From Podarcis bocagei (lineage: Eukaryota): a DNA stretch of 64,000 nt. Where the stretch lies: assembly GCA_964188305.1 (NCBI GenBank), contig OZ076893.1; one strand, given 5' to 3'. Positions 22,936 through 35,831 of this stretch are shown here, piece after piece (position 1 is the stretch's first letter; each line of letters begins with the position of its first letter). A program made the position numbers and the translations under genes. The notes under the pieces are model-generated. The model saw only the letters and a list, made by a program, of their open reading frames with translations, did no database searches and had not been told where the DNA came from.

Positions 22936-25356
22936 CTTAATCTGTAAACTGAACTACACCTGAGAGTAGTTCCCCTAATTGTTGGGTGAATTAAAGGTGA
23001 ATTAAATTTATTAAATACAACATGCCTGTAATTAAACAAAGGAAATTGTCCAGTATGTCCCATAATCATGCAGTTATCTTAATGTGTAGTTGACTCACAG
23101 GGGCCTGCTTCTGAGCATCTCCAGCTCCTCACCTGGACTGGGGAACAATGACTTTAGTATAAGCAGCAATAGTCTTGTGGCATCTTTGAAGATTAACAGA
23201 TTCATGATGTCATAAGGTTTTGCAGACTAGAGTTCTGTTCCTCAGATGATGTCCACAGAAGCTCATGACATAATACATTTGTTAGATTTCATGGTGCCAA
23301 AAGATTCTTTGGCTCAAATCCCAGCTCAGCCATGAAGTTCACTAGGTGACCTTGGGCCAGTCTAAATCTATCATCCTAATCTTCTTTGCAGCGTTATTGT
23401 GAGGATAGAATGAGGAGGAAGAGGAGTATGTTCACCATCTTGAGTTTCTTGGAAGGAAACATTGGATATCAGTATAATAGTAAAATAAATAAACATTGGC
23501 TTTGCTGCAACAAAGAAACATGGCTACCCCTCTGGAAATTGTTCGTTAATCCTAATCTCTAAATTCTGTGAGATTCTTGATGTTTCTAATAAATATTTTT
23601 TATTTTTTAAAAAATCCATATCCACTTCATTTTTCCCCTTCTAATTCTGTTCTAACAAAGGCAGTGAGCTTACTGAGCAAGTACTGCATATGCCACTAGT
23701 CACATTTTAGCTTCTACAGCCAATCCACTGCCAGAAATGACATTTTTTCTATCACATCTTTGGCTTTTAATTCATTATGATTTCTGTTCACTACATTAAT
23801 TAGTACAGAACTAATTTCTTCCAGCAGAGTGATTGTTTAATTGTTTCAAGAGCCTTCCCCCTTCCCATAAAAAGTAGCTTATGAAATTTCACAATTTAAG
23901 TGTGTTGTTAACTCTCTTTGCAATTTTAGTAAAAGCTTTAATGTTGTCCTTGGTGACATCACTGCACCACACAGCTTCTAACTTCTTCAAAACAATAATT
24001 GCTTGTTTCACTAAAAAGGGGAAGAAAGCTTTCCATAAAAGATAGAGCCCCCCCCAAAAAAATGTTTTTTGTTCTCCCTGGGGATGACCTACAAAGCATA
24101 GGATGTGATAGCATTTCAAGAAGGGTGATAGCTCTGCATTTTAAAGTGATCACATCTTAGGCAGAGAGATAAAAACTGCTGACAATGTCAAAAGCTTTAG
24201 CTTTTTCTCTTTGCCCTTTTATCTCTCCCAAATTATTTATGTAGGAATTGTAGCAAAAGCAAAGCTGTCTTTTTATCAGGGTTGGGGGTCGTTTTTTTTA
24301 TTGGTAGAATGCAAGAGAGAAAGGCATATTGGCAAAGCAACACTATGGCCAATATTTAAAATCTATGTCAAGTCTTCACTTTGTTTTTATTGCTGCTGGA
24401 GTAGTCAGAATTTTATGAAGCAGTGTTCATATTTCTGTCTCTCTAAAATGCCAAAAACGTAATGCTTTCATTGGCATTGTATTACCAACCATTTTGAGCA
24501 TATAGATTAAATAAACATGTCAAATGATGTCATGACAAGGAAAGAAGATGTCATTGCAGACGGAAGGAAGGTTAGGTTTGAAAAAGTGGGAAACAAATTG
24601 CCAGCAAAAGGTTAGGAGGTATTGTACAGTTGCATGTGTCTGCATAATCAGGATCTTTAATGTTTGGGGGGGGGAATGATCTGTGGCTGCATTGACTTCC
24701 TTGAAACATAACACTGCGTGATGACTGTTCAAACATTTCTTCAAAAACGGAATGAATCACAATTGTATTTCAGTGCTGCAATCTTTAATTATCTAATAGA
24801 AATATGATGGGCAATATGAACAAACGTAAGTCTTATGCTGTATGGACTCTCAGTGCCAAACTAGATATTAGGCACAGGCAAAGGCATATGACATTCCCTC
24901 CCCCACAAGTTGTGTGTGTGTTTTAAATGAAAAGCAGCATCAGAAGCACATGCAGAGAACTAGGAAAGGATGAAAGGTGAGCAAGGGCTCCTTACCAAAC
25001 ATTTTTCTCTTGAAAATTGCCCCAGCTTCTCCCTCTCCTATACAATGTGTTCACCCCACAAGGTACAATCATGAATGGGGAAACTGCAAGCAAGGATAGG
25101 ATTGAGGAAGGGTCATAGCTCAGTGGTGGAACAGCTGCTGTGCATGTAGAAGGTCCCAAGTTCACCCTTTGGCATATGTATGCTTTAAATGAGTTTATTT
25201 ATTTTAAGTTGTACTGTTTAGTATTTTGGTTGCTGCCCTGGGCTCCTTTGGGAGAAAGGGCAGGATACAAATTTAATAAGCATAAATCAAATGAACTTCC
25301 AAGTAGAACTGTGAGAAACCCCCTGTCTAAAAACTTGGAGAACTGGTGCCATTCAG

Positions 25357-25859
25357 AGTTGTTGTTGTTGTTTAGTCGTTTAGTTGTGTCTGACTCTTTG
25401 TGACCCCATGGACCAGAGCACGCCAGGCACTTCTTTCTTCCACTGCCTCCCGCAGTTTGGTCAAACTCATGCTGGTAGCTTCAAGAATACTGTCCAACCA
25501 TCTCGTCCTCTGTCGTCCCCTTCTCCTTGTGCCCTCAATCTTTCCCAACATTAGGGTCTTTTCCAGGGAGTCTTCTCTTCTCATGAGGTGGCCAAAGTAT
25601 TGGAGCCTCGGCTTCAGCATCTGTCCTTCCAGTGAGCACTCAGGACTGATTTCCTTAAGAATGGATAGGTTTGATCTTCTTGCAGTCCATGGGACTCTCA
25701 AGAGTCTCCTCCAGCACCATAATTCAAAAGCATCAATTCTTCGGCGATCAGCCTTCTTTATGGTCCAGCTCTCACTTCCATACATCACTACTGGGAAAAC
25801 CATAGCTTTTACTATATGGACTTTTGTTGGCAAGGTGATGTCTCTACTTTTTAAGATGC
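25357..25859 (-). mobile_element. BovB (RTE) LINE 3' fragment
   Basis: ORF with MVFPVVMYGSESWTIKK...DAFELWCWRR...LEKTLMLGKIEG; (CAA)n tail; TSD TGCCATTCAG; inserted into an older tRNA-SINE. Confidence 0.95.
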
Positions 25860-26579
25860 TGCCATTCAGGGTAGGCTGCCATTAAGGCTGCTGCTTCTTG
25901 TTCTTCCATTTCCCCAGGGACTTCAATAAACTAGCGTCTGGCAAGGACTGCTGGAGAATTGAGCTACGTATTTGGTGAAGATAGTCAGGTGGGGGGAGCG
26001 CCTCCTCAGCTACTATATAAAGATGGTGCATAGCAAGGGTGTGAACCCAGGGGCTCTTGTCATGTGGCTCTCAGCTGATGGCCAGCAGTCGGAGCATAAA
26101 GTGAACAGAGTACTGACAGATGTTAATTCAGGCAGGATGTATATGGATAGGAAAGATAAATGGCTCTAATATGGTCGTAGTGCCCAAGGCATGGATAGCC
26201 CTGGGGGCATGTTGGGAGTTCAGTTGAAACTTACTTGGCTCTGCTTACCTCCTGGTGCTGTGGTTTGAGTGTTTTTGAGCCTGGAGCCTGTTTTGCTTTA
26301 TAGTGCTGATTTTGTGGTTTCATCATCAGTATTGACATTGCTGCTATTTCACCATCATCTTAGTTGTGTATTGTGATTTGTCATATGGTTTTATTTAATT
26401 TTTATGTAAACCACTTTAAGGTAATTTGCGACTAAAAGCGGTATATAAGCACATAAGCTTCTAACTTAATGAGATGTATGTATCTGCCACAACATTGTGT
26501 TTTCCTGCCTATTATTGTGCTATTTCCCCTCCACTGTTGGACTGTCTTCACTTAAATATATGTCAGTAAGAGTGTATGT

Positions 26580-26943
26580 GGGATGCGGCTGGTGCTGTGG
26601 TTTAAACCACTGCACAGCTTGGATTTGCTGATTGGAAGGTCGGCAGTTTGAATCCCCATGACGGAGTGAGCTCCTGTTGTTCGGTCCCAGCTCCTGCCAA
26701 CCTAGCAGTTTGAAAGCATGCAGTGCATGTAGATAAATAGGTGCTGCTCCAGAGGGAAGGTAAATGGCATTTCCATGCCCTGCTCTGACTTTGCCAGAAG
26801 CAGCTTATTCATGCTGGCCACATGACCCAGAAAAACTGTCTGCAGAAGCAGGCATATGCTGGCTCCCTCGGCCTGTAAAGCAAGATGAGCACCACAACCC
26901 CAGAGTCGTTCGCAACTGGACTGTCAGGGGTACCTTTATCTTT
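26580..26943 (+). mobile_element. Sauria SINE (Squam1)
   Basis: tRNA-like head, ACCTTT-type tail, TSD AAGAGTGTATGT. Confidence 0.9.
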
Positions 26944-29237
26944 AAGAGTGTATGTGAGTCTGCACCATGGAACCTAGGCACCAAGATACCCTGCTAACTT
27001 TGTATATTATTTTAAACTAAAACTTGCATTGAACAATATAGCATTTTCATAATTCTGGAATGTGGCAATTTTTGCAGGTCTTCCTGGATGTTTTTCTGTT
27101 TTTGTTGTTATGAGTAGAATTACACATTAGCTAACTCAGAAATGTACCATACAATTTCCTTTATTTGATGTAGAAGAACTTTGCTTCTAATTTGACTAGG
27201 AGAGAGCAGTTGATATGCAAAGCTGGGACCTTTTGCTATATATAACCATAATGCCTTTGATGCAGACATCTGAAAACAAATTCAGTACAATAATTTTGCT
27301 GGCAGGAGGCCTTACAGCTGCAGAAATATCACAGAGAAAGAATCAATAATGGCTTATTAATTCTGCCGTGAATGTTGGAGGAATAATAATCATAAATATT
27401 GTTGGGACAATTCTATTTATTTATTTAATTTGTATCCTGAATCTTCAGCTCCCAAAAGTTTCTGGGTAGCAAATCCCAAATCCTCAGATGACCTCAGTGA
27501 CTTCATGTAGACATTAATGTGAGGTACAAAACAGAACCAGATGTCATGTGGCTGAACAGAAGTTGCCAATAAAAGGATTTGAAGTGTACAGTGGAGGTGG
27601 TAAGATGGATTCATGGTGCTGAACACATTATGAAATTATACGCAACAGCCTTCTGTGACATGGTGGCCACTAAGTGATTGTGACTGGCTGGTTCTGACAG
27701 AAGTTGGTTCAGTAGTCCAAAACCTCTTGGAGGAACAAGCTTGTGGAAGGCTGCTATAAGAAAAAAAAAACAGAAACAGGGCTTGAATTTTCTTAATAGA
27801 GCTGCTGGGTGCTGATGAAATATAAAGCCCAGTAGTTTTTACAGTAAAGAATACGGCCTGGTGAGCCTCATTGTGGTCCATAAGTTAGGTGCCGCTACAG
27901 GAAAAGCTCTACCACTGATAACAGCCTAACTAGCCTCACAGGGTCACAGAATCTGAAGCAGAGCATCTGAGGAGCACAGCGTGTGAGGAAAAACACATGG
28001 AAGAAGGCAGGCTTTGATATATCCATGTCCCAGGCCATCTGGGGTTCAAAAACAAATTTGCAATCAGTGCAGATCAAACAAGACAGAGCTGATGTGAGCA
28101 AAACACCTCGCTCCAGTCTAAAGCCTAGCTACTACATTTTGTACCAGTTGGAGTTTCCAAATGCTTTTCAAGGGCAGCTCCACACAGAGCGTGTTACAGC
28201 AGTCTAAACTGACTGTGGCAAGCTTTGACTACATCAAGAGGTCTGGCAATAACCAATGGAAGCTGGTTATTGTGTGTAACTGGAATAGAACATTTTAAAA
28301 ACTGGAAAGGGGTGTGTTGTGTTTGATGTTTGTTTGACGTTGGATAACCCTGAAAGCACAGCGTTATCTCTTGGGGGGCAGCGGGTGAAAAAATAAAAAT
28401 AGACTATTGCTAATGAGTGTTCCTTCAGAGGAAGGGTTTAAAAAGACTGCTTTAAATTATGAAAAACAGTATCAGTCTTCAAAGACTCTGTCACTTGCAA
28501 TACTGTCAGCATATTTTGACAGACCTTCCTCTGGGAATGAAGTACAACTATTTCCTAAGGCACAAGAAATCTGCTTTCTATTGTAACAGGGATCCCATTT
28601 TCATAGCCGATGAAGTTTTCCTTAGAAACTCATGTCTTGGGCAGCTTCTTGGTTCTGCCTCCAAATGAGTAAGAAAGGTATGCTGAAAGTGGAGGGGAGG
28701 TGACTTTTATGAATCAACAGCATTGTTGAAGGTTAGGGATGGTGGATAAATTTGATTTGGTTCACATTTAAAGGGGCATCTTCCAAATTTGCACTTTGTT
28801 AAACAATACGCAAGCAGAAACACAGTTGACATTTGCAATTCACACTTCAAATTTTGCAGTGCAGTTCTCCAATCGGATTATGTTTGCAAAAATGCTTATG
28901 TTGGCAAAATAAAATATGAAAAGGTATTTAGGGAAATTGCTTGCAAAAATTAGCACCCAAATACTGATGAATTGTCATGAGTTAAAAAAGCTGATGTGGA
29001 GAATGGACCTTAAGGCTGGAACAATGTGTCAGAGAGAAAAACCAAAACTGACAAATTCACCAGGTCACATTTGGGATGGGGAATCTCTGGTGCAGAGGCT
29101 GCATGCAGCACTCCAAACCTCTTTGGGATTGTCTCCAGGTCATGCCCCCTCACCAACTCTATTCTACATCATTGAGTACTTTTGCTTAGCTGGAATGTGC
29201 CCTTGAAGAGTAATAAAGCCTCTTACTTTCCTGAATG

Positions 29238-29239
<2 letters not shown>

Positions 29240-29279
<40 letters not shown>
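29240..29279. repeat. (TG)n microsatellite
   Basis: Directly visible. Others include (TC)n at 35778-35825 and (GA)n at 39976-40021. Confidence 0.95.
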
Positions 29280-29282
<3 letters not shown>

Positions 29283-29514
29283 TGGATGCCAAGATCCAAG
29301 TTTAGGGCAAGTACTCTTTGGTGAGGGAACCCCAGCAGAGATTTAAAGTCACAAAATATGCAGCAAAGTAAAGTGTGGAAATATAAGTTTTTAAATATGC
29401 CCTTTCAAGTGTGTCCCAAAATTTCCCACTTCCCCTAGCATAGAAAATACCACATTTCATAAGTTTAAAAGGGTTTACTTACAAATGCTCCAAAGGTCAG
29501 GGTCATGGGCTTTT
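29277..29514 (-). repeat. Second, partial copy of the same LTR (R/U5 portion)
   Basis: Roughly 80% identical by eye to 10800-11075, same orientation. Reads TGTAAT on the + strand at the presumed LTR terminus. Confidence 0.7.
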
Positions 29515-31576
29515 GAGGATTGAATACTTGTTTCCTCCCAAGGTAAGGGAAGTGACAGCTAAGTCTTGCAAGGCAGCTTACTTTATGATATTAACTCCTT
29601 CATGCATGAATTATACTTAAGTATGTTGGTTACATGAGGTTGGCTATTCCACAGGATAGAGGTTTGTTAGCACTGGATATTAATGTAGTTAAGTGACTAG
29701 AAGTGAAAATTAAATGCACCCTATCCCAACATTTCAAAAATCTCTGTGCTTACTTGGAAATCAAGTTTTGCCCTGTGAGCATTATTTTTTAAAAAATTTA
29801 ACACTGTAGTTCTATATTTGCTTAACTGGGAGAAAGACTTACAGATCTCAGTTAGACTTACTTATGAGAAGAAATGTATTGAATTGCACTGTAGGCCAGT
29901 TTCTCGTATAGGCTAAATGCATTTGATTATGCTTCCATCTGTGTTGGGGTGTATCAGTGTTTCTTTGTACTTACAGTAAAATGCCATAAAAATGAAGAAG
30001 GAACCTTCCTCCCCAATCAATGTACACATTTATTTAACACATTCTCTCTCCCTGGACCATAGCTGTCAACTTTTCCCTTTTCTAGCAAGGAATAAGGGAA
30101 TTACCTTTAAAAAAGGGAAAATGTTGACAGCTATGCCCAGGACCAGCTTGGTCCAAAATAGCTGCTCATTTACTAGTCAATGTAAATGAGTTGTAGTAGT
30201 GACTGGGTAATATTTGCAGGCTGACCAGTGTAACAGAGAGTTTTAGAGGTGATGAAGCTGGCTTTGCTACACCCAAAGCCCTGGCCAGTTCAATGAAATG
30301 ATTTGGGCAACTCATTAAGGCTAGTCTTGGAAGAGGTTGTTGTGAAGTTATAATGCCATTCTGAGTTCCTTGGAGAAAGGAAAATATCATAAATAACAAA
30401 CCTTTGCAGCAAGATGAAACTGGAGCGAATCCTAAAAAAACGGATAGAGCAACAGACCATAAACATGAAAAAACCATGTACAAAAGCAAAGGAGAGTTGA
30501 ATAAATAGAACAGAGCAACTAATGGTCTACAGTTTGCATAGCTAGAAATAGGATGAAGCACAACATCTCCCTGAAGCTATGAGCTGCTCACTTAAGGAGG
30601 AAAAAAACATTTAGTGGCCTGCCAGATTTAAAAAAAAAAATTAGAAAAGGAATGGGAATCCATTAGATTTATTTATTATGATTTATTATTAAAAAGAGAA
30701 CTATTGGGATTAATATACACAAGAGATGGCTATTGAAATGTGACAAAGAAAAATGGCAACATTTGTAGCTTTCATATCCCCTGGTTTGAGGAAGGAACTT
30801 ATTTGTTTCACAGACACAATTTTAAGAGTGCAAAGCAATATCACAGCAAAGACCACTGCCCAAGTGCTCTGTTGTCCTAGTGTATCAGATCTACTATTTT
30901 TTTTAAATCAGACTTTCTGCAGTGAGGAAAATAATGAGGAAATGCATTGAAAAGTGTGGGATGAATAGATGATTAACAGGAAGATATATAAACATCCTGC
31001 CAAGTAGATTGTCATGAGTATAGGAAGGATGCTCATTGCCACATAACTGCCTTGTATACAAATCAGAACAAATGCTTGATAAAGACTGGTTGTAGTCTAA
31101 ATGCTGAATAAGTTCTTTGCAAACAAATCAGGATGAATACTGGAGGTCATTTGGAGGAACTCTCAGCCATTTCATGCAGATGTTGAAGAGCATGGAAAAT
31201 AAGATTGCAGTCCTGCACTGAGGGCGCCATGCAGCCAGACAAAAATCTGCAAGCTCTGCTTTCTGGAGCTGTTGTGGGACTGGAAACAGTGCAAGGCAGT
31301 GCCACCCACCCCCAGCCTTGACAACCATTCCAACAATGGTATTCAACTAAGTTTTAATCAGAGTAGACCTACTGCAAACCATCAAAATTTACTGTTGTTT
31401 CAGCCATCATAGTCATATCAACTATAGAAAAACTTAGTCAAATTCATTAATTTCAATGGGTCTACTCTGAATAAAATCTAGCTGAATGCTATCCCAGAAT
31501 ATTACCATTTTACCCCTTCCCCTTATCTCTCCCAACAAAGCTTCTCACACAGGGTGACCAAGGCAGTTCCTGTTCC

Positions 31577-31929
31577 GTAAAGGTAGAGGGACCCCTGACC
31601 ATTAGGTCCAGTCGTGACCGACTCTGGGGTTGCGGCACTCATCTCGCTTTATTGGCCGAGGGAGCCAGCGTACAGCTTCCGGGTCATGTAGCCAGCATGA
31701 CTAAGCCGCTTCTGGTGAACCAGAGCAGCGCCCGGAAATGCCGTTTACCTTCCCACCGGAGCGGTACCTATTTATCTACTTGCATTTTGACGTGCATTCG
31801 AACTGCTAGGTTGGCAGGAGCAGGGACCGAGCAACGGGAGCTCACCCCATCGCGGGGATTCGAACTGCTGACCTTCTGATTGGCAAGCCCTAGGCTCTGT
31901 GGTTTAACCCACAGCGCCACCCGCGTCCC
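31577..31929 (-). mobile_element. Sauria SINE (Squam1)
   Basis: Full length; TSD TTCCTGTTCC. Confidence 0.92.
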
Positions 31930-31989
31930 TTCCTGTTCCATAAAGAAGCCTAAACCCTGACTGAAATGGATCTAGAAAATCAGTTTCAT

Positions 31990-32290
31990 TCAAGAGTGTT
32001 TGTACTTGGTCAGCGACTATCTACTTTAATATCCTTGTCCTGAAAGGGGACATTTGTAACTGTTCTAAAATCATTAGGGTATCCTGGGTCCAAGGTAAGC
32101 AGCTGTAACACGACCTCTTTCTGTTCATTAGACACCATGTCTTCTCTCAATGAAGCATTCATTGCTCCCTCAACATAACCGGCCACCCTCTCCCTGCAGT
32201 AATTCGCAGGCCATGAAAGGTATGGGTCAGCCATGCAAGTGGTCCCATGCACTTGAGCAAACACTTTGTCCTTGGTTGAAACAATGGGAA
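31990..32290 (-). mobile_element. L2-type LINE RT fragment (old)
   Basis: LDPGYPNDFRTVTNVPF resembles the LDP..NYRPVSNLPF motif. Confidence 0.55.
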
Positions 32291-33779
32291 TTATTCTAAC
32301 AAAATCAGACTAGACAGTGCTTTGAGTGCCTCTCCACATTTACCTTTCCCAATGGATGCACACGACTTTATCCTAAGAATGGATCACAAATGGGTTATAC
32401 AGCGGGCTGTCAGAGGTTCTAGCATTTATTTAGAGCTAGCATGTAAAAGGCACGGCACCATTTGGAATAGCTCCACTGGATGGCACTGAAAAAATGCAAT
32501 GCAAAAAATTGTATTTGCTGCCACTGACTAGTGGCCAGAAAATGGGCACATTGCTTTTCCTCCACTTGCATATTAGTATTTCCCCACTTCCACTTTCAAG
32601 TAGTACAACAAATTTATTAATATGCTTTGCCTTTACACATTTTTTAAAATTAGGAGTCTGTTGCTTTACCCAAATAAAACCCAGTAGAGTATAAGATGGG
32701 TTGATTCCCTGTAATCTTGTCTGATGTGGACTTTTGTAGTACCCATTTTTCCAGCATGAGTAAAAATGTTTCAGCCAAATACTTTAACTGCCTCCCTGCC
32801 CCAAAATCCAGAAGTATTGGAGGCAGCATAACTTTGAAGTACACAAGAGGTTATTTTTTACTTTTGAAAGAAATTAGTCACTTCACAATTTCAAGATATT
32901 TCATGCTGCCAAAAATTACACTGTAATCACACTGCCTGGTAAATTATGTCTGAATGACAAATACAAAAACAAATGCTATTTATAAAGATAAGTAGAATGA
33001 GTTAGTGTGCTGATTGGATCATGCACATTTCAGAGATGTAGATTAATTACAGAACTTCACAGCTCAAAGGAAATGCCCTTCAATTTAATTAAACTGAGCG
33101 TAGTGTATTCCTTGCATAAGATAGACAAGTGTCAGGTTTGTCTATTGCCTTGTACATCATCCAATCAGCTTTACTTGTTTCAAGAAAGGATAACTGAAAA
33201 TGACAGAATATTAGCTGTAACTTACATCAGTTTTTAATTGAGGAAGGTAAATTACATGGTAGTGAAGCTAAATTGCCACTAAAGAAAATATATTAATCTT
33301 TAATAAATCTGCCTTAGGAGGTCAGAGTGCAGGCAGAAGCTAGTTACACAAACAGACCAAAAACTATATGAGCACTGCTTTGTTCAAGAAATGTATACAC
33401 TATCTGATTCATGCATATATAACTTGACAATAGTTACTTCTAGTTTTAAATTTTATGTTGTAATTTCCATTTGTGTTCTGAACTAGTGGTGGGCTGCATG
33501 TGGACGAATAATCCAAAGCTGAATCCTTACACTGTTAAGACAGAGACTTTGTGAGTGGTTCCCAGGTCTGGGAACTGGAAAATTTACCATATCTGTTCTG
33601 ATAGGACTGAACTTACTCTAGAAGGACAGGTATATAGTTTGGACTCTTAGATTCATAATTGTCCTGAGGATAAAGTGTCTTGGTGGCATGGAGCACCTAC
33701 AGCCAACTTTGGTTGGTATGCCAACTATGCCCTTTCCTGGGCAGGGATAACTTGGCCACTGTGACGCATGACTGGATGG

Positions 33780-34200
33780 TTATTGTGGCATGAGCTATGT
33801 GGGGCTACCCTTGAGACTGGTCTGGAAGCTTCAGTTGGTGCAAAATACCAAGGCCAGGGTATTAAGTTGGACACCTGGACATGCACATATCCCACCTGTG
33901 TTGACAGAACTGCATTGGGCTGCCAATTAGCTGCCAAGCTATGCTTTATATGACTGACATATAAAGCCCTGAACAACTCAGAACCTAGTTACCTGAAAGA
34001 CTGCCTGCCACGATGTAGACCTGGTAGCTCAATGAGATAATCAGAGGAGCTCTTGTTGCAACACCATGTGTCATAGACCATAATATAGGTATGACATTAA
34101 AAGCGTGTTTCGGCTGTTGCCCCTGCTCTTTGAAAGGCTCTTCCAAAGCACAGTTAGCTTCCTGCTTCAGACATCTTTTGAAGGTGCAACATTTTCCTCA
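33780..34200 (+). mobile_element. L2 LINE 3' ORF remnant
   Basis: Translates to LYVGLPLRLVWKLQLVQN ... PVLTELHW-like motifs. Confidence 0.7.
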
Positions 34201-35775
34201 GTTTCTCCCTAATCATTAAGCTGGACTCTCTCCTTTTATACAGTTCAACACTTTATTACATTGCTTGTACTTTCGCTGCTCTTTTTATACAGATTTTACT
34301 ATATATCTGTTATAGTGTGTTTTGTTATTATACACTACTTATGGATTTTAAAAATATAAATCTAGTAGAATAGATATGGTCTTGAATGAACAAACACAGT
34401 TTGGTTACCCAGACCGAAGCTCCATAGTAAGGAGACCATTGTGATACCTTGGAAGCACCTGATTCGACTCAAGACATTTTTAGCCCAGTGAGACAGCCCA
34501 TTTCACAGATGAGGCTTGAGTTCCCATATTTTGTGTAGCAGTGGGAAAGTGTTAAGATCAGCTGGGATTCAAGCTTCCTGGACGGTTTGCTGGTGCTTCA
34601 GAGTGGAAAATTAAGGGGGAAACCCTCCCACTCACTCACATAGCTTGCTAATTCCATAAACACAATCTGGATACTGTATATCTGTGTATTTAGTTCTGGA
34701 CTCTTCTCCCTTTCAGATTGGTTTATCTGCTAAAGTTCCAGCCTCTAGTTGACCCTGCCTTCAGAGTAATTCCAGATTTAATAGATTTGGTATAGTACTC
34801 CATCCAATCCTGTTTCCAGTTCTGCTGGGGGTTTGCACTTCAGTCCTGTGTATCTTGCATGTATGTCTATAGTCTTGAGGTATAACCTGGGTTGTCAAGC
34901 TTGGGTTGCTTTTCATGGGCCATAAACTTGACTACTGAGCAGCTGACACTAATTGCATACAGTTTATACTCAGTTGCAAAAGCTGGCAACCTTGACCTGT
35001 GTGGTCAGCACTGATTGTATTAACAATCATTTTTATTCAAACAACAGCAACTTCAAAACACTTGAAATTTTTTGACATCATTCGCCGATTCAACAAGTAG
35101 TGTACATATGAATGATGTGATGTCATCAGTACTATAACATAACTGAACATTATCTACTTATTTGTTACATGAGCTAAGTAATCTCATACTAATATTTGTT
35201 GCTATTGAAAAATAGGAATACAGAACACTTGACAGTAAAATGTTTTAGATATTTGTGATGCAGATGTATTTTTCTCTTAACCTCATCCAATTTTCTGAAC
35301 TTTTGTAGAATCTCAAGGTACCTTCCAGTTCTTCTTAGAACTATGTTCTTCTTCTTAGAACTATGTTCTTGTTTAATTTCCTTGAACGCTTTTTGGCTGT
35401 ATTCTGTTGTGTAATTGTGAAAGTATGCTTGTGTCACTCTTAACAAATGGGGGATGGCATTGAAGATGCTTATTACTTGGTATGCTATTTGATATAAGCT
35501 GGTTTTGCATAAACATTAATGAATGATCTTTTGAATTTTATGGGCCTTAGTAGATGTACCTTGGCTTCAGAACAGGAGGATGGCAGGAGGGAGGGTTCAC
35601 ATCTATTCATTGTTGTTCAGGCCATGAGCCATTCTTCCATTCCTTCTTGTAAACAAAGGAATAAATATTCTGAGAGTAATTGCTCTGTAATCCTTCGTAA
35701 AGCACATATTTGAAGATGTATTCTCAAAGGACAAACAAGGCCCAGATATTGTCATGGCTACTGTGGAATGATGAG

Positions 35776-35831
<56 letters not shown>

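Noticed and set aside
25400-25885. Antisense ORFs over BovB, CR1 and Gypsy elements
   Set aside because: These are shadow frames of TE coding sequence.
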